Below are positions 16,803 through 25,320 of a stretch of DNA of 26,171 bases, in pieces. Positions within the stretch are counted from its first letter, which is position 1. Each line of letters opens with the position of its first letter. The notes below the pieces were generated by a model. It saw nothing but the letters and a program-made list of their open reading frames with translations, searched no databases and was not told the origin of the DNA. The stretch spans positions 1-26,171 of the IMG/VR virus record IMGVR_UViG_3300037349_000077, one strand, 5' to 3'. Made by a program: the position numbers and the translations under genes. This DNA comes from a virus. Lineage: Duplodnaviria > Caudoviricetes.

Positions 16803-17230
16803 TTTGGGGCTGGGGCCGACGCGGTTGGCGGGTTGATAGCCGCCGGCACTGGCGGCGGCGTTGGCGCTGTGGCTGTGGAGTGCGCAGCTAATTGCCCGAT
16901 CAATTCTTGCTCGTGCTTTTTAATCTCGACATTGGCGGCGCGCGCATCGGCCAGGTCTTTGGTGAGTTTGGCCTCGGTTGCCTTTGCGGTTTCCGCGGCC
17001 TTATCGGCTGCTGTTTTCTGCGCCGCCGATTCGGTGCGCAAGGCAGTCGATTGCTGCTGCAACGTAATCACGGCGGCGTTGCATTGGATACCGCCATTGA
17101 TTTCCGAAAGAAGTTTCTGCCCCATGGCTTGAGCCTCGGGGGAGGGTTGGGCCTGTGGCACTTGTGCCGATGCGGCAGACAGGCCGCAAACGGTTAGGAC
17201 TACAATCGTAACGCTACGCACGAGATTCAT
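16799..17230 (-). CDS. Exported coiled-coil protein with Pro-rich tail (143 aa)
   Basis: AGGAG RBS before ATG 17230. Signal peptide MNLVRSVTIVVLTVCGLSAASA-Q, Ala/Lys/Glu helix and a PTPPPVP tail. Confidence 0.75.
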   Translation of the reverse strand: MNLVRSVTIVVLTVCGLSAASAQVPQAQPSPEAQAMGQKLLSEINGGIQCNAAVITLQQQSTALRTESAAQKTAADKAAETAKATEAKLTKDLADARAANVEIKKHEQELIGQLAAHSTATAPTPPPVPAAINPPTASAPAPK

Positions 17231-17299
17231 AGGGATTCTCCTGTTGGACGAATACAGAGTTGAGAGTTTCATGCTATGCGATTTGGATATTTATTACCA

Positions 17300-19312
17300 T
17301 TAGAATTGCGCATACCAAACATCGACATCGACGCCGCCTGTGCCAGTTGAGTTGATGCAAAGGCCATTGCCGGAAGTGTTCTTCAAGCCTTGCCAAAACG
17401 ACGGCGCATAGATTTCGCCAGAATTCACAGCCTCAGAAGCTAGACCGTTAATCTGCGTATTGGTTGACGAACAGTTGGCATTGGCCGATGCGGTATTTTC
17501 TAGGAACCACGTAGCCGTGCCAGCGGCGCGCGAGCGCCAGTTGCATACATAGACCGACTGACTTGCGACACCCTGCACGGCAAGGGTATCCGTTGCCGAA
17601 GTGATGTGCTTGAACACATGGCTATCGCACGCAATTAACCCCTTGAGATTGCCACCTGTCGCGCCCGAGGCATTGGCACCAAGGTAGATCGCCTTCGACG
17701 GCGGGGCAGAGCTGGTTGAAGCCGACATATTGGTAATATCGACCACGGCACCGGAAGCCAGCGAGCCCGACAGATAGGCACCGGAAACCACGGCGCCGGC
17801 CGCTACGGCACCGGATCCGATCGAGCCGGACGCATAAGCGCCCGATGCGAAAGCGCCGCTTGCCACCGCACCAGAGGCAAACCCGCCACTTTTGACATTG
17901 ACTTGTGCACCTGCCGCAGCAGTGCCGGGCATTCTTACCCATTGTGTGCCGGCGCTATCCCATAGTGCATTCAAGCCTTCCACTGGCGATGCACCAGCAG
18001 CCGGATTGGCCACGTTGTCGGCAGGGACAATCGCAGCGAGGGTATTATCGACCGTCGAGTGCAGCGAACCCGCCGAAGTAAACTGGAACGGCGCTGTCTG
18101 GCCCGTCGATAAGGTTGGTGCCGACGAATTATAAATGCCGCCGGTTATCATCGTATTGGTTGGCGCGGTCCCTGGGACCGTACCGCTCATTAGTCCCCAG
18201 GAGCCGATCGTGTTAGGATCCACCTTACCGATCGCCGTTGTGGCGCTGGCCTGCAAAGTCGCATTGACCGAAAACGCGGTATTGTCTGACGCGATATTAA
18301 CGCGCTGCGATCCCGCACCGGATACGCCGTTGCCGGTCGCAACCGTGGTCGCACCGATTTGAGCGATTGAAACGCCGTTTGTGGTTCCTACCGTGGTCTG
18401 GTCTATGCCGAACTTGCCGGCGAGCGCTGTTCCTGCCGTCAACTGCGCAAATAGCGGATTGCCAGACGCTATGACCGCATTGCCTTGCAACAGATTTGTG
18501 TAGAGGCCATTGGTGGCCGACAAGACGGCATTGCCTTGCAGGACGTTGCCGTACCAGCCATTTGTCGCACTCAGGACGTTGCCACCTTGCGTCGGGACAA
18601 TACCGTTGCCATTGGCGAGCGTTGGCGTGGCGTTTAACGCGGTCGATGCCACGCCGCCAGCAGTGATCTTGAGATTGCTGACAGCGCCAGTGCCGGTGCC
18701 ATCGACCGTACCGCCGATAACGACGGGGGGGTTGGCCGCCGCGGTGCCATTGGCTGTTGGGCCATAGACCGCACCGCCGCCACCTGATCCGCCACCGCCA
18801 CCACCCGTGCCGGTCGGCAAGCCCGCGCCGCCGACGCCATTGGCCGTGGTCGAGCCGCCGGTTGCGATACAGTGCAGCGTCGTAATGCCGGTTGGAATCG
18901 TAAAGGCAAACCAGCCGCCGCTCGATGTAATCAACTGGTCCGCGGTTGTCGCCGCGATGCCGTTGACGTTGCAATACATCGGATTGGTGCCGACGTTGCC
19001 AATAACCGCGACAGTGCCGCTGGGAAGGTTGCCACTCGAATCCGACGTGGTGACGCTTAAGGCGGTCATGCGCGCGCCGGATGCCGACGGTGTAAAGCCG
19101 CCTAATGATGCACTGAAAGTACCTTGCACAAATATCGGGTTGGCAGAACCGCCGCATGGCGTCCAAACGCCGGGGGTTGACGTTGGACATTGCAGATTGG
19201 CATTGCCGGGGCCGATCTGTGCGTTCGCTGGCTGTGCTAGATAGGGGAGCGCGAGGACAAAAACTAACGCCGCGATTTTATTTAGGATTCTCATGGTCGT
19301 TGTCCTGTTCAT
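17300..19312 (-). CDS. Large Gly/Ser/Thr-rich fibre-like repeat protein with signal peptide (670 aa; alternative start 19294)
   Basis: ATGA overlap with the portal stop. MRILNKIAALVFVLALPYLAQPANA-Q, poly-Gly linker, 17-aa and 5-aa repeats, and a C-terminal Cys-containing beta domain. Confidence 0.82.
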   Translation of the reverse strand: MNRTTTMRILNKIAALVFVLALPYLAQPANAQIGPGNANLQCPTSTPGVWTPCGGSANPIFVQGTFSASLGGFTPSASGARMTALSVTTSDSSGNLPSGTVAVIGNVGTNPMYCNVNGIAATTADQLITSSGGWFAFTIPTGITTLHCIATGGSTTANGVGGAGLPTGTGGGGGGSGGGGAVYGPTANGTAAANPPVVIGGTVDGTGTGAVSNLKITAGGVASTALNATPTLANGNGIVPTQGGNVLSATNGWYGNVLQGNAVLSATNGLYTNLLQGNAVIASGNPLFAQLTAGTALAGKFGIDQTTVGTTNGVSIAQIGATTVATGNGVSGAGSQRVNIASDNTAFSVNATLQASATTAIGKVDPNTIGSWGLMSGTVPGTAPTNTMITGGIYNSSAPTLSTGQTAPFQFTSAGSLHSTVDNTLAAIVPADNVANPAAGASPVEGLNALWDSAGTQWVRMPGTAAAGAQVNVKSGGFASGAVASGAFASGAYASGSIGSGAVAAGAVVSGAYLSGSLASGAVVDITNMSASTSSAPPSKAIYLGANASGATGGNLKGLIACDSHVFKHITSATDTLAVQGVASQSVYVCNWRSRAAGTATWFLENTASANANCSSTNTQINGLASEAVNSGEIYAPSFWQGLKNTSGNGLCINSTGTGGVDVDVWYAQF
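17741..17890 (-). repeat. Ten tandem pentapeptide repeats (SGxxA-type) within the 670-aa protein
   Basis: SGGFA SGAVA SGAFA SGAYA SGSIG SGAVA AGAVV SGAYL SGSLA SGAVV. Confidence 0.85.
18437..18589 (-). repeat. Three 17-aa repeats within the 670-aa protein
   Basis: QGGNVLSATNGWYGNVL / QGNAVLSATNGLYTNLL / QGNAVIASGNPLFAQLT. Confidence 0.85.
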
Positions 19313-21156
19313 GCGCCTGTTTGGCCGGTCAAAGCGCCCAGCGCGGAGTTTCCGCCGGGCAATTGCGTATCGCTTAGGGTCTTGGCTGCACTCACAGCGG
19401 CCATGGCCGCGCCTGGTGCTTGGGCGTCGGTCTTTGCTTTGGCCATTTCTTGCTGGCGGATGGCGTCGTGCTGTTTTACTTCGTCGTCGGTAAACATCGA
19501 ATCGGTTGGGAAGTTATTGATGTCGGCATAGTGCCGCATGGCCTTGTCGAGATTGATGACACGAATCGGATCCGGTACGCCGGCGGCTTTGGCGGCGCTT
19601 GATAGCGAGCCGGCCGTGGCAAACGTGTCTTTCATCGCCACTGATTCAGCCGATCGTTGCGCCAGTTTCAAAATCGAAACATAGGTTATTTTCAGCGGCA
19701 CATTGGCCAGTGATTGCGGCTTGGGCTTTAACATCGGCACGACTTTACCCGTGGCATCGCGCGTGGTGCGGCGCTGTAGAATACTCAAGACGCGCTGAAT
19801 ACAAATATCCAATTCCTTTTCGGCCAGATTGATGACCGGGCCCAATTCCTGCAAGCGCTCAAGATCACGCTTGGTCAATTCCAGTTCATTGCGCGGCTGC
19901 ACGCCTTCCATCTTGGATATGGCCATGAACAGATCGACGAATAGGCAGTGATCGATGCGCTGCTCGACTTTGGAAATATCTGCGGTCAATGCAGCAAGCC
20001 ATTGCGGATTAACTTCGAACAGCGGCCAGAAGCCTTTTTTCTGCCCCGCCGTATTCATGTAGGTAATCATCGCCGGCATGATCGAGGCCGGTTCGTTCTT
20101 TAGCTCGGGGTCGGCGCCCATGGGCGGTCGCACGCCCTTTTCGATGAATTCGGCCTTGCGCAAATCCTCTTGCTGGATTTGTTTGTTGTCGCCGATCGCG
20201 TCCATGCAGGGTCCGCGGCCATAAGCATCGTTGGAAACCGTGGCCCATTTGAGCGCCATAAATGGCATATCGTGGAACCCGCGTTTCGACAACGGCTGTG
20301 CGGTTTTAATACCCTTGAGCCAGTAGACCTCGCGGAATGCGAAGTTGGATGGCACGACGCGGATTTTGCCTTTGTTGGTGCCTCGCCGTGCAATGTCAAA
20401 ATTTGGCTCAATAGCGTGGGCGACGACAAATTCAGTATCGTAACTCCCGGCTTGCCAAAGCAACTGTACCTGTCGCGGGCAGTTTTCCAGCAAAAACTGA
20501 TCGACGATCTGCAACACCGTAAAGGCAAATTCGCGGTAGAACTTGACGGTCGTGTTACGCCCGCCATTGGCGAGATAATATTCGCCGGCGGCCGGCACAT
20601 AGAACCGCGCGACGTCCTCTTGATCTTCGAATATCAATATCGGCGCTGTGCCGAATACAGTCTCGTCGCGGAATGCTTGCGACATGCTGTTGTAGAAATT
20701 CGATTGAGATAGCACCGTGTAGATTTTTTCTTCGGTGTCTTTGAGCCAGGATTTGCCATCGGCATCGAGGTCAACCCACGGCAGGCCAATGCCTAATTTG
20801 AACCATGGCCGCGACGGCGAACACAGGCCGGTCCACATGCCGGCGGCGCAAGTGCGTACGGCGAGAAGCCCGTGCGAGTTGATAATTTGCTGATTAAGGT
20901 TAGAGCCCTTCCACATGCGGTTGGCGACGATGAGCCAAGAATATCTAAACGGTAAAAAGAATGCCGCTAACACGGCCCAAAACGTCCACCATGACCAACG
21001 CCATGACCGCATCGAGGCGAGGCTCGATTCTAGGTGCGCATAAATGGTCTGCCAGTCTTGTGATTCGGCTTTTTCGTCCTTCGAAGGCGTCGGCGGCTGC
21101 TTGGCCAGCAGCGTCGGCGACATCATTTCGTAAGGGGCGGAATCAGCCGCGAGCAT
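19309..21156 (-). CDS. Portal / head-to-tail connecting protein (T7 gp8 / Bbp21-like, 615 aa)
   Basis: Motifs AAGMWTGLCSPSRPWFKL, SNFY, VFGTA, YGRGPCMDAIGD, FVDLF and E...RDLERLQELGPV. Confidence 0.93.
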   Translation of the reverse strand: MLAADSAPYEMMSPTLLAKQPPTPSKDEKAESQDWQTIYAHLESSLASMRSWRWSWWTFWAVLAAFFLPFRYSWLIVANRMWKGSNLNQQIINSHGLLAVRTCAAGMWTGLCSPSRPWFKLGIGLPWVDLDADGKSWLKDTEEKIYTVLSQSNFYNSMSQAFRDETVFGTAPILIFEDQEDVARFYVPAAGEYYLANGGRNTTVKFYREFAFTVLQIVDQFLLENCPRQVQLLWQAGSYDTEFVVAHAIEPNFDIARRGTNKGKIRVVPSNFAFREVYWLKGIKTAQPLSKRGFHDMPFMALKWATVSNDAYGRGPCMDAIGDNKQIQQEDLRKAEFIEKGVRPPMGADPELKNEPASIMPAMITYMNTAGQKKGFWPLFEVNPQWLAALTADISKVEQRIDHCLFVDLFMAISKMEGVQPRNELELTKRDLERLQELGPVINLAEKELDICIQRVLSILQRRTTRDATGKVVPMLKPKPQSLANVPLKITYVSILKLAQRSAESVAMKDTFATAGSLSSAAKAAGVPDPIRVINLDKAMRHYADINNFPTDSMFTDDEVKQHDAIRQQEMAKAKTDAQAPGAAMAAVSAAKTLSDTQLPGGNSALGALTGQTGA

Positions 21157-21211
21157 TCGTTGCTTCCGGTCGAGGAAATTCTAACGCACGGAACGCAACA
21201 GAATTACAAAA

Positions 21212-21433
21212 CTACTGGCCGAAAGCTGTTTTGGCCGCAACACTTGGCGCTGCCGCACCCTCGGGACTTGATTTGACCGTATTGTTAAATCCAGCACCGC
21301 CGGCTGCTGCGGCGGCTGCCGCTCGCGCCGCGGCTTGGCTGTCTTGCACCGTGCCGCTGGCTTGTGTCGGCGGGTTAGGCGGCGGCGGCGGCGGTGCGGG
21401 CGCGGCTGGCATGGAAGGGGCAAGGAAGCTCAT
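21212..21433 (-). CDS. Small Pro/Ala-rich virion protein (73 aa)
   Basis: AGGAG RBS. PAPPPPPP, TVKSSPEG and a KTAFGQ end are typical of the small gene preceding podovirus portals. Confidence 0.75.
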   Translation of the reverse strand: MSFLAPSMPAAPAPPPPPPNPPTQASGTVQDSQAAARAAAAAAAGGAGFNNTVKSSPEGAAAPSVAAKTAFGQ

Positions 21434-21466
21434 GCGGAAAGCTCCTGGTGCATTTTTTGCAAAGCT

Positions 21467-22930
21467 TTACGACCCCTGAAACGGGTTATATCCGCCTTGA
21501 CCGTAGTTCTGTTCGGCTTGCTTATCAAGGTCCGCGAATGGCCGGAACGTCGTATCCCTGTGAATTATTCGCTGCCGGGCTTTGGGGGTGACGGGTTCGG
21601 CAAACGTGAGCATGCAGGCGTCGAATTCATCGGGGCTGTAACCCAATTTTACTTTCACTTCGGCTTTGGGCTCAAGCATCAGCCGGTCACCCTTGAAGGT
21701 GTAGGTGGTTTGCGTCAGCGCAGCTAACAGATTCGCATCTTCGACTAGCGCGCCGCCTTGTTTGATCCACTGCACGAATTCAAACGCCATTTCGGCTCGT
21801 TTATTGAAATATCGTTCCTTATGGTTGGCTTCCTGGGCAAAATGCACGCCGATCGGAGATTTGCCCAATAGAATCAGTTGGTCAATCCAGCCCGCGCCAA
21901 ATCCGCCCGTATTGTCGATAAAGCAGGCGTCGGCGTTCCAGTCGGTCCATTTGCGCGATACCTGTCCGGCGCCTTGGGTTGAATTGATATTGCGATACCG
22001 CATCAACGGGAACATCTGAATTCCCTGCCGCGGCGCGATAATACTGGAATCGTCGCCATATTGCGCCACGTCCACGCCGAGCACTTTGGAAGTGTTACCA
22101 ATTTCGTGCTCGCGCCAGTGCCGTTTCATCGCGGCCGATACTTCGTCGGGCCCGATGAGTGCATTGAGCGACGATGGCGGGAATTGGCCGAAAATACGCA
22201 CTAAAACCCATGGGTTATCGCGGCCATATTGCTCGATCATAGATCGCGCGTGCTCGACCGACACCCGCGGTGTGCGCTTGGGATCGTCTGGATCCGCCGT
22301 AATCTCGATCATTTTCCACAGTCGGCGGGCGACGGTAGCGGCGCGGTAAAGCGGGCCGGCCAGCATCGTTGGGTTACCCGCCTGCACGATATGGGCCTCG
22401 ATCGGGTTGCCAGCGAAAATGCCCTCGCAAACCGGCATGACCGAATCAGGCATGTCGCCGGTTTCGTCCAATAGCCAAATCACATAAGGCCCGTGCAGTC
22501 CGGCCAGCGCGTTACCGATTTGTGTGGCGTCGGCGCTTTGCGGGTAACTGCGGGCTTCGATTTTCCACGTATCTGGATGGTCCTTGCAAAACAGCTTTTG
22601 GCTGGTCTGTTCGAACAGGTGCATCAACAGCGGTGACCGTGAGCGCCATCGTGCTAGTTCCGTCCATAAGTTGGCTTTGAGGTTTGGGCCCGATACGGAC
22701 GCGGCGCCGCCGATCGGGTGCGGACGTGTCAACAGGAAGTTCCAGCCTATCCATGCCAGTGTTGCGGTTTTTCCCGGCCCGGCGCAGGCTTTCATCGCCA
22801 TGCGCGGTGAATGCGGAAACTGCTCTAGTGCGTCTAATTGCCAGGCGTCGGGCTCAACCTTGAACAACTCGCGCACCATGGTTGCGGGGTGCTCGCGCCA
22901 GGTGGCAATGCGGTCGGCTATTTCTTGCAT
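21467..22930 (-). CDS. terL: Terminase large subunit (487 aa)
   Basis: Walker A ACAGPGKT, Walker B WLLDETG, motif C GNPT, and nuclease motifs LGVDVAQYGDD and SPDEFDA. Confidence 0.95.
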   Translation of the reverse strand: MQEIADRIATWREHPATMVRELFKVEPDAWQLDALEQFPHSPRMAMKACAGPGKTATLAWIGWNFLLTRPHPIGGAASVSGPNLKANLWTELARWRSRSPLLMHLFEQTSQKLFCKDHPDTWKIEARSYPQSADATQIGNALAGLHGPYVIWLLDETGDMPDSVMPVCEGIFAGNPIEAHIVQAGNPTMLAGPLYRAATVARRLWKMIEITADPDDPKRTPRVSVEHARSMIEQYGRDNPWVLVRIFGQFPPSSLNALIGPDEVSAAMKRHWREHEIGNTSKVLGVDVAQYGDDSSIIAPRQGIQMFPLMRYRNINSTQGAGQVSRKWTDWNADACFIDNTGGFGAGWIDQLILLGKSPIGVHFAQEANHKERYFNKRAEMAFEFVQWIKQGGALVEDANLLAALTQTTYTFKGDRLMLEPKAEVKVKLGYSPDEFDACMLTFAEPVTPKARQRIIHRDTTFRPFADLDKQAEQNYGQGGYNPFQGS

Positions 22931-23115
22931 GTGATTGAGTTAACGACCGCCAGCGCGCGGCGCAAACTCGTTTCTTCGCCTTTGACCAACTTGCCGGCAT
23001 GATCGCGCGCAACATAGGCCGCTCGTCTACGGCGTCCGCATTTGGCTTTGAACAACCGCGATTGCAGCGGGAGCGTCCAGACAGCGTAGTGCGGCTGGTT
23101 TATTTGGACGTACAT
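22918..23115 (-). CDS. Small basic hypothetical protein (65 aa)
   Basis: AAGGA RBS. Fills the gap before terL. Confidence 0.55.
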   Translation of the reverse strand: MYVQINQPHYAVWTLPLQSRLFKAKCGRRRRAAYVARDHAGKLVKGEETSLRRALAVVNSITCKK

Positions 23116-23117
23116 GG

Positions 23118-23252
23118 CTAGTCCTTATGGTCAACCGAGCCGTCTGACGAAAAGAACCGTTGCGCATGATGAATTTCCAGGTCGAACATGATCGCACTTA
23201 CCACCAGCGCGGATAAGACGACTAGAAATGCCAAGCATACCGCGACAATCAT
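23118..23252 (-). CDS. Small membrane peptide (44 aa)
   Basis: Hand translation MIVAVCLAFLVVLSALVVSAIMFDLEIHHAQRFFSSDGSVDHKD. ATGA overlap with the upstream stop. Ends 2 nt before the next ATG. Confidence 0.55.
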   Translation of the reverse strand: MIVAVCLAFLVVLSALVVSAIMFDLEIHHAQRFFSSDGSVDHKD

Positions 23253-23443
23253 CGCATCCAACGCATGCCGGACTTACAAGATTCATCCCACTTCAAATTT
23301 AAGTTGGCCGCGCCGGGTTCAATCATGGTGCCCATGGGTGTGCTTTTGGAGATTGCACAAGATTGAACAAAGCGATTGATCGCCCATGAACTGAGCCATG
23401 TGATAATCACCAAGCCGATGACGACGCAAAGCCATTGTTTCAT
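23249..23443 (-). CDS. Small single-pass membrane protein (64 aa)
   Basis: Start reassigned to the ATGA overlap at 23443. MKQWLCVVIGLVIITWLSSWAI followed by two Cys. Confidence 0.6.
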   Translation of the reverse strand: MKQWLCVVIGLVIITWLSSWAINRFVQSCAISKSTPMGTMIEPGAANLNLKWDESCKSGMRWMR

Positions 23444-23784
23444 TGCTTCACCTGCGGGCCAGTCGCGCCCGGCATTTCGCCGGGTTGTGCGGGTGCCATT
23501 GACGGCACGATTTTCATACCGTGATCGAACGCATCGCGGATTTTCTTGCGCAGCGAGATCGTGTGCATGACGTCGTTGCACCATGCGGCTTCGGCCAGCA
23601 TTTCGCCGGCGGCTTGCGCCAGGCAAATCACGACGCCTTCGTATTGAAGCGCTGCCAATAACGAAAACATGCCGCGTGCAACCACAACCAATACGCCTTT
23701 GCAGTGGTCTACCAATTGGCGGCCGGGCATGCCTTTGGTCGGTGGCGGATTAAGTGCGGATGTACCGTTAAGCTGCTCGGTCAT
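23440..23784 (-). CDS. Hypothetical phage protein (114 aa)
   Basis: Coupled to neighbours on both sides. Confidence 0.68.
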   Translation of the reverse strand: MTEQLNGTSALNPPPTKGMPGRQLVDHCKGVLVVVARGMFSLLAALQYEGVVICLAQAAGEMLAEAAWCNDVMHTISLRKKIRDAFDHGMKIVPSMAPAQPGEMPGATGPQVKQ

Positions 23785-23785
23785 T

Positions 23786-24067
23786 TTACTCGCTCGTTAA
23801 ATGGAGGATGTTTCTATCTTCGATTTTGCTTGCGCCCATAACAATTCGAGTCACGTTGCCTGCAACTTGGTGACTCCAAAAGCCTACTGAGTTTCTAAAC
23901 CAAAATCCCGCCTGCTGGTCGCTTAATGCTTCTTCGGTGACGGTAAATTGACCCTCTACGTCGTTGACTAAAGATATGCCCCCGCCAAATAAATCCATAC
24001 AGGGCTGGACCACCTCTGAAATTTGACCGTTCCACAAAACGTAATCTCCGCGTCTAAACTTCCTCAC
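23786..24067 (-). CDS. Hypothetical protein (93 aa, GTG start), visibly AT-richer
   Basis: GGAG RBS and GTGA overlap with the terS stop. KFRRGDYV N-terminus suggests an SH3-like fold. Confidence 0.62.
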   Translation of the reverse strand: MRKFRRGDYVLWNGQISEVVQPCMDLFGGGISLVNDVEGQFTVTEEALSDQQAGFWFRNSVGFWSHQVAGNVTRIVMGASKIEDRNILHLTSE

Positions 24068-24846
24068 TCCGCCGCCTCCTGTTTAATAACCTCGTCGGGT
24101 TCAACTTGCTTCGGCTTGGCGTAGCTCGCGCCGACTAATGCCTCAAGTGTGAGTGCACCAGTCACGTCATGCTTTTCCGCTTCATCGAGTCCCGACATCT
24201 TGCGCAATTGCGCAATCGCTTCCAATGGCGAATGGATCTCAAATTTCGGGCCATGCTCGGTATGCGAGACTGATTTGACCGCCGACATGATTTCGCGCTG
24301 CTCGTCTGGATCGAGCGCGGCGATTTTGGTCAAGTCGAGATAGGGTAGCACGGGCAGCGCCGCGATCATTTCCTCGATTTCTTGCGGCGTGGGCAGCGCT
24401 GCGATCGCCGCGGCGATTTCCGGTTCGGTCTTACCCATTGCCTCTAGGGTTTTGCGCATTTTCTCGATCGAGGCCGGGCTGATTTTGTCGCGCAAATACC
24501 GCACTTGGCCTGGGTCACGTTCCATGCGGACAAAATCAAACATCGATACGTCGCGAATCACGTTGAGCTTGTTGGCGACTTTCGAGCGTAATTGCGTAAC
24601 CGCGCGCACGGTATCGCGCGATAGATAAGCAATACGCGCCGCGACCGATGGTAGCCTGTCAAGCTTTGCCGCATTGCCAGCGGTCATGTGCGGATAGCCG
24701 GCCTCGCGTGCGGCTTCCAAGCGCCCAAACATGGCGGCTCGAGCTATGGCGTAGCGCTCGTGCGTATCGCGCCGCAACGGCACTGAGCCTGGTTCGGGGA
24801 CAGGGGCCGAAAGAGCCGGTAATTGTGGTTGAACCTGGGAATCCAT
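24064..24846 (-). CDS. terS: Terminase small subunit (260 aa)
   Basis: N-terminal HTH ERYA...EAAREAGY....NAAKLDRLPSVAARIAYL and C-terminal DLTKI...AVKSV...GPKFEIHSPLEAIAQLRKMSGL. GGAG RBS. First gene of the packaging module. Confidence 0.82.
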   Translation of the reverse strand: MDSQVQPQLPALSAPVPEPGSVPLRRDTHERYAIARAAMFGRLEAAREAGYPHMTAGNAAKLDRLPSVAARIAYLSRDTVRAVTQLRSKVANKLNVIRDVSMFDFVRMERDPGQVRYLRDKISPASIEKMRKTLEAMGKTEPEIAAAIAALPTPQEIEEMIAALPVLPYLDLTKIAALDPDEQREIMSAVKSVSHTEHGPKFEIHSPLEAIAQLRKMSGLDEAEKHDVTGALTLEALVGASYAKPKQVEPDEVIKQEAAE

Positions 24847-24881
24847 GAGACTCCAATAGAATCCACAGTTTTGTGGCTAAT

Positions 24882-25076
24882 TCAAGCGATAAGCCCGCGT
24901 TTTACCAGCCTTCGAAGTGCTTCTGGTCGGGTTGGCAAGTCGTCCTCTTTGCGGCGCCAGTCGTCTACTTCTCTCAGGTCGTCGGGTGGCAGTTTGACCA
25001 TGATACCCTTCGATCCAATCCGAGGGCGCCCTGGTCCTCTTTTATTTTCTGTATTTTGGGTATCGGCTATTGACAT
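24882..25076 (-). CDS. Ribbon-helix-helix (CopG-like) transcriptional regulator (64 aa)
   Basis: RGPGRPRIGSKGIMVKLPPDDLREVDDWR....PTRPEALRRLVKRGL. Confidence 0.82.
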   Translation of the reverse strand: MSIADTQNTENKRGPGRPRIGSKGIMVKLPPDDLREVDDWRRKEDDLPTRPEALRRLVKRGLIA

Positions 25077-25100
25077 GGTTTAATGGGTTTGGCATATAAC
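25070..25100 (+). promoter_or_regulatory. Candidate rightward sigma70-type promoter
   Basis: Perfect TTGACA at 25070-25075 overlapping the RHH start codon. CATATA at 17-nt or TATAAC at 19-nt spacing. AT-rich divergent region. Confidence 0.5.
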
Positions 25101-25261
25101 ATCTACCGAAGCAAGGGAAATACGAAAATTCTGCAATTGTTCCTAGATTTCACCGGCCCATGGGACACAATCGACGTGATTGTGTTGGTGGTGTGTCTAA
25201 GCGGTGTGGTCGTTGGGTCTTTGTTCCACTCCGAGCCTTCGATCGACTGAACTAAATTAGC

Positions 25262-25295
25262 GAGCCGACGCAGGAGGGCAATCCCGCATCGGCTC
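25262..25295 (+). other. Imperfect GC-rich hairpin in the leader of the rightward operon
   Basis: GAGCCGA...TCGGCTC outer stem with inner GC/GC and GGA/TCC pairs. No U-tract. Confidence 0.5.
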
Positions 25296-25320
25296 ATCAC
25301 TCTAACCACGGGGATGATCC

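Noticed and set aside
16799-17230. 143-aa coiled-coil protein as an Rz/i-spanin
   Set aside because: No adjacent endolysin, holin or identifiable lipoprotein partner, and the N-terminus looks cleavable.
17290-17298. TTTATTACC, an inverted copy of GGTAATAAA at 16503-16511, bracketing two genes
   Set aside because: Only 9 bp with no transposase or target duplication. It could be a lone HTH site but cannot be supported.
18297-19190. 297-aa alternative-frame ORF inside the 670-aa gene
   Set aside because: Arg/Gln/His-rich off-frame read of Gly/Thr/Asn codons.
25083-25250. 55-codon + strand ORF with a hydrophobic stretch (VIVLVVCLSGVVVGSLF)
   Set aside because: The ATG lies inside the candidate promoter and has no RBS. 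A TTG start at 25137 is possible but unsupported.
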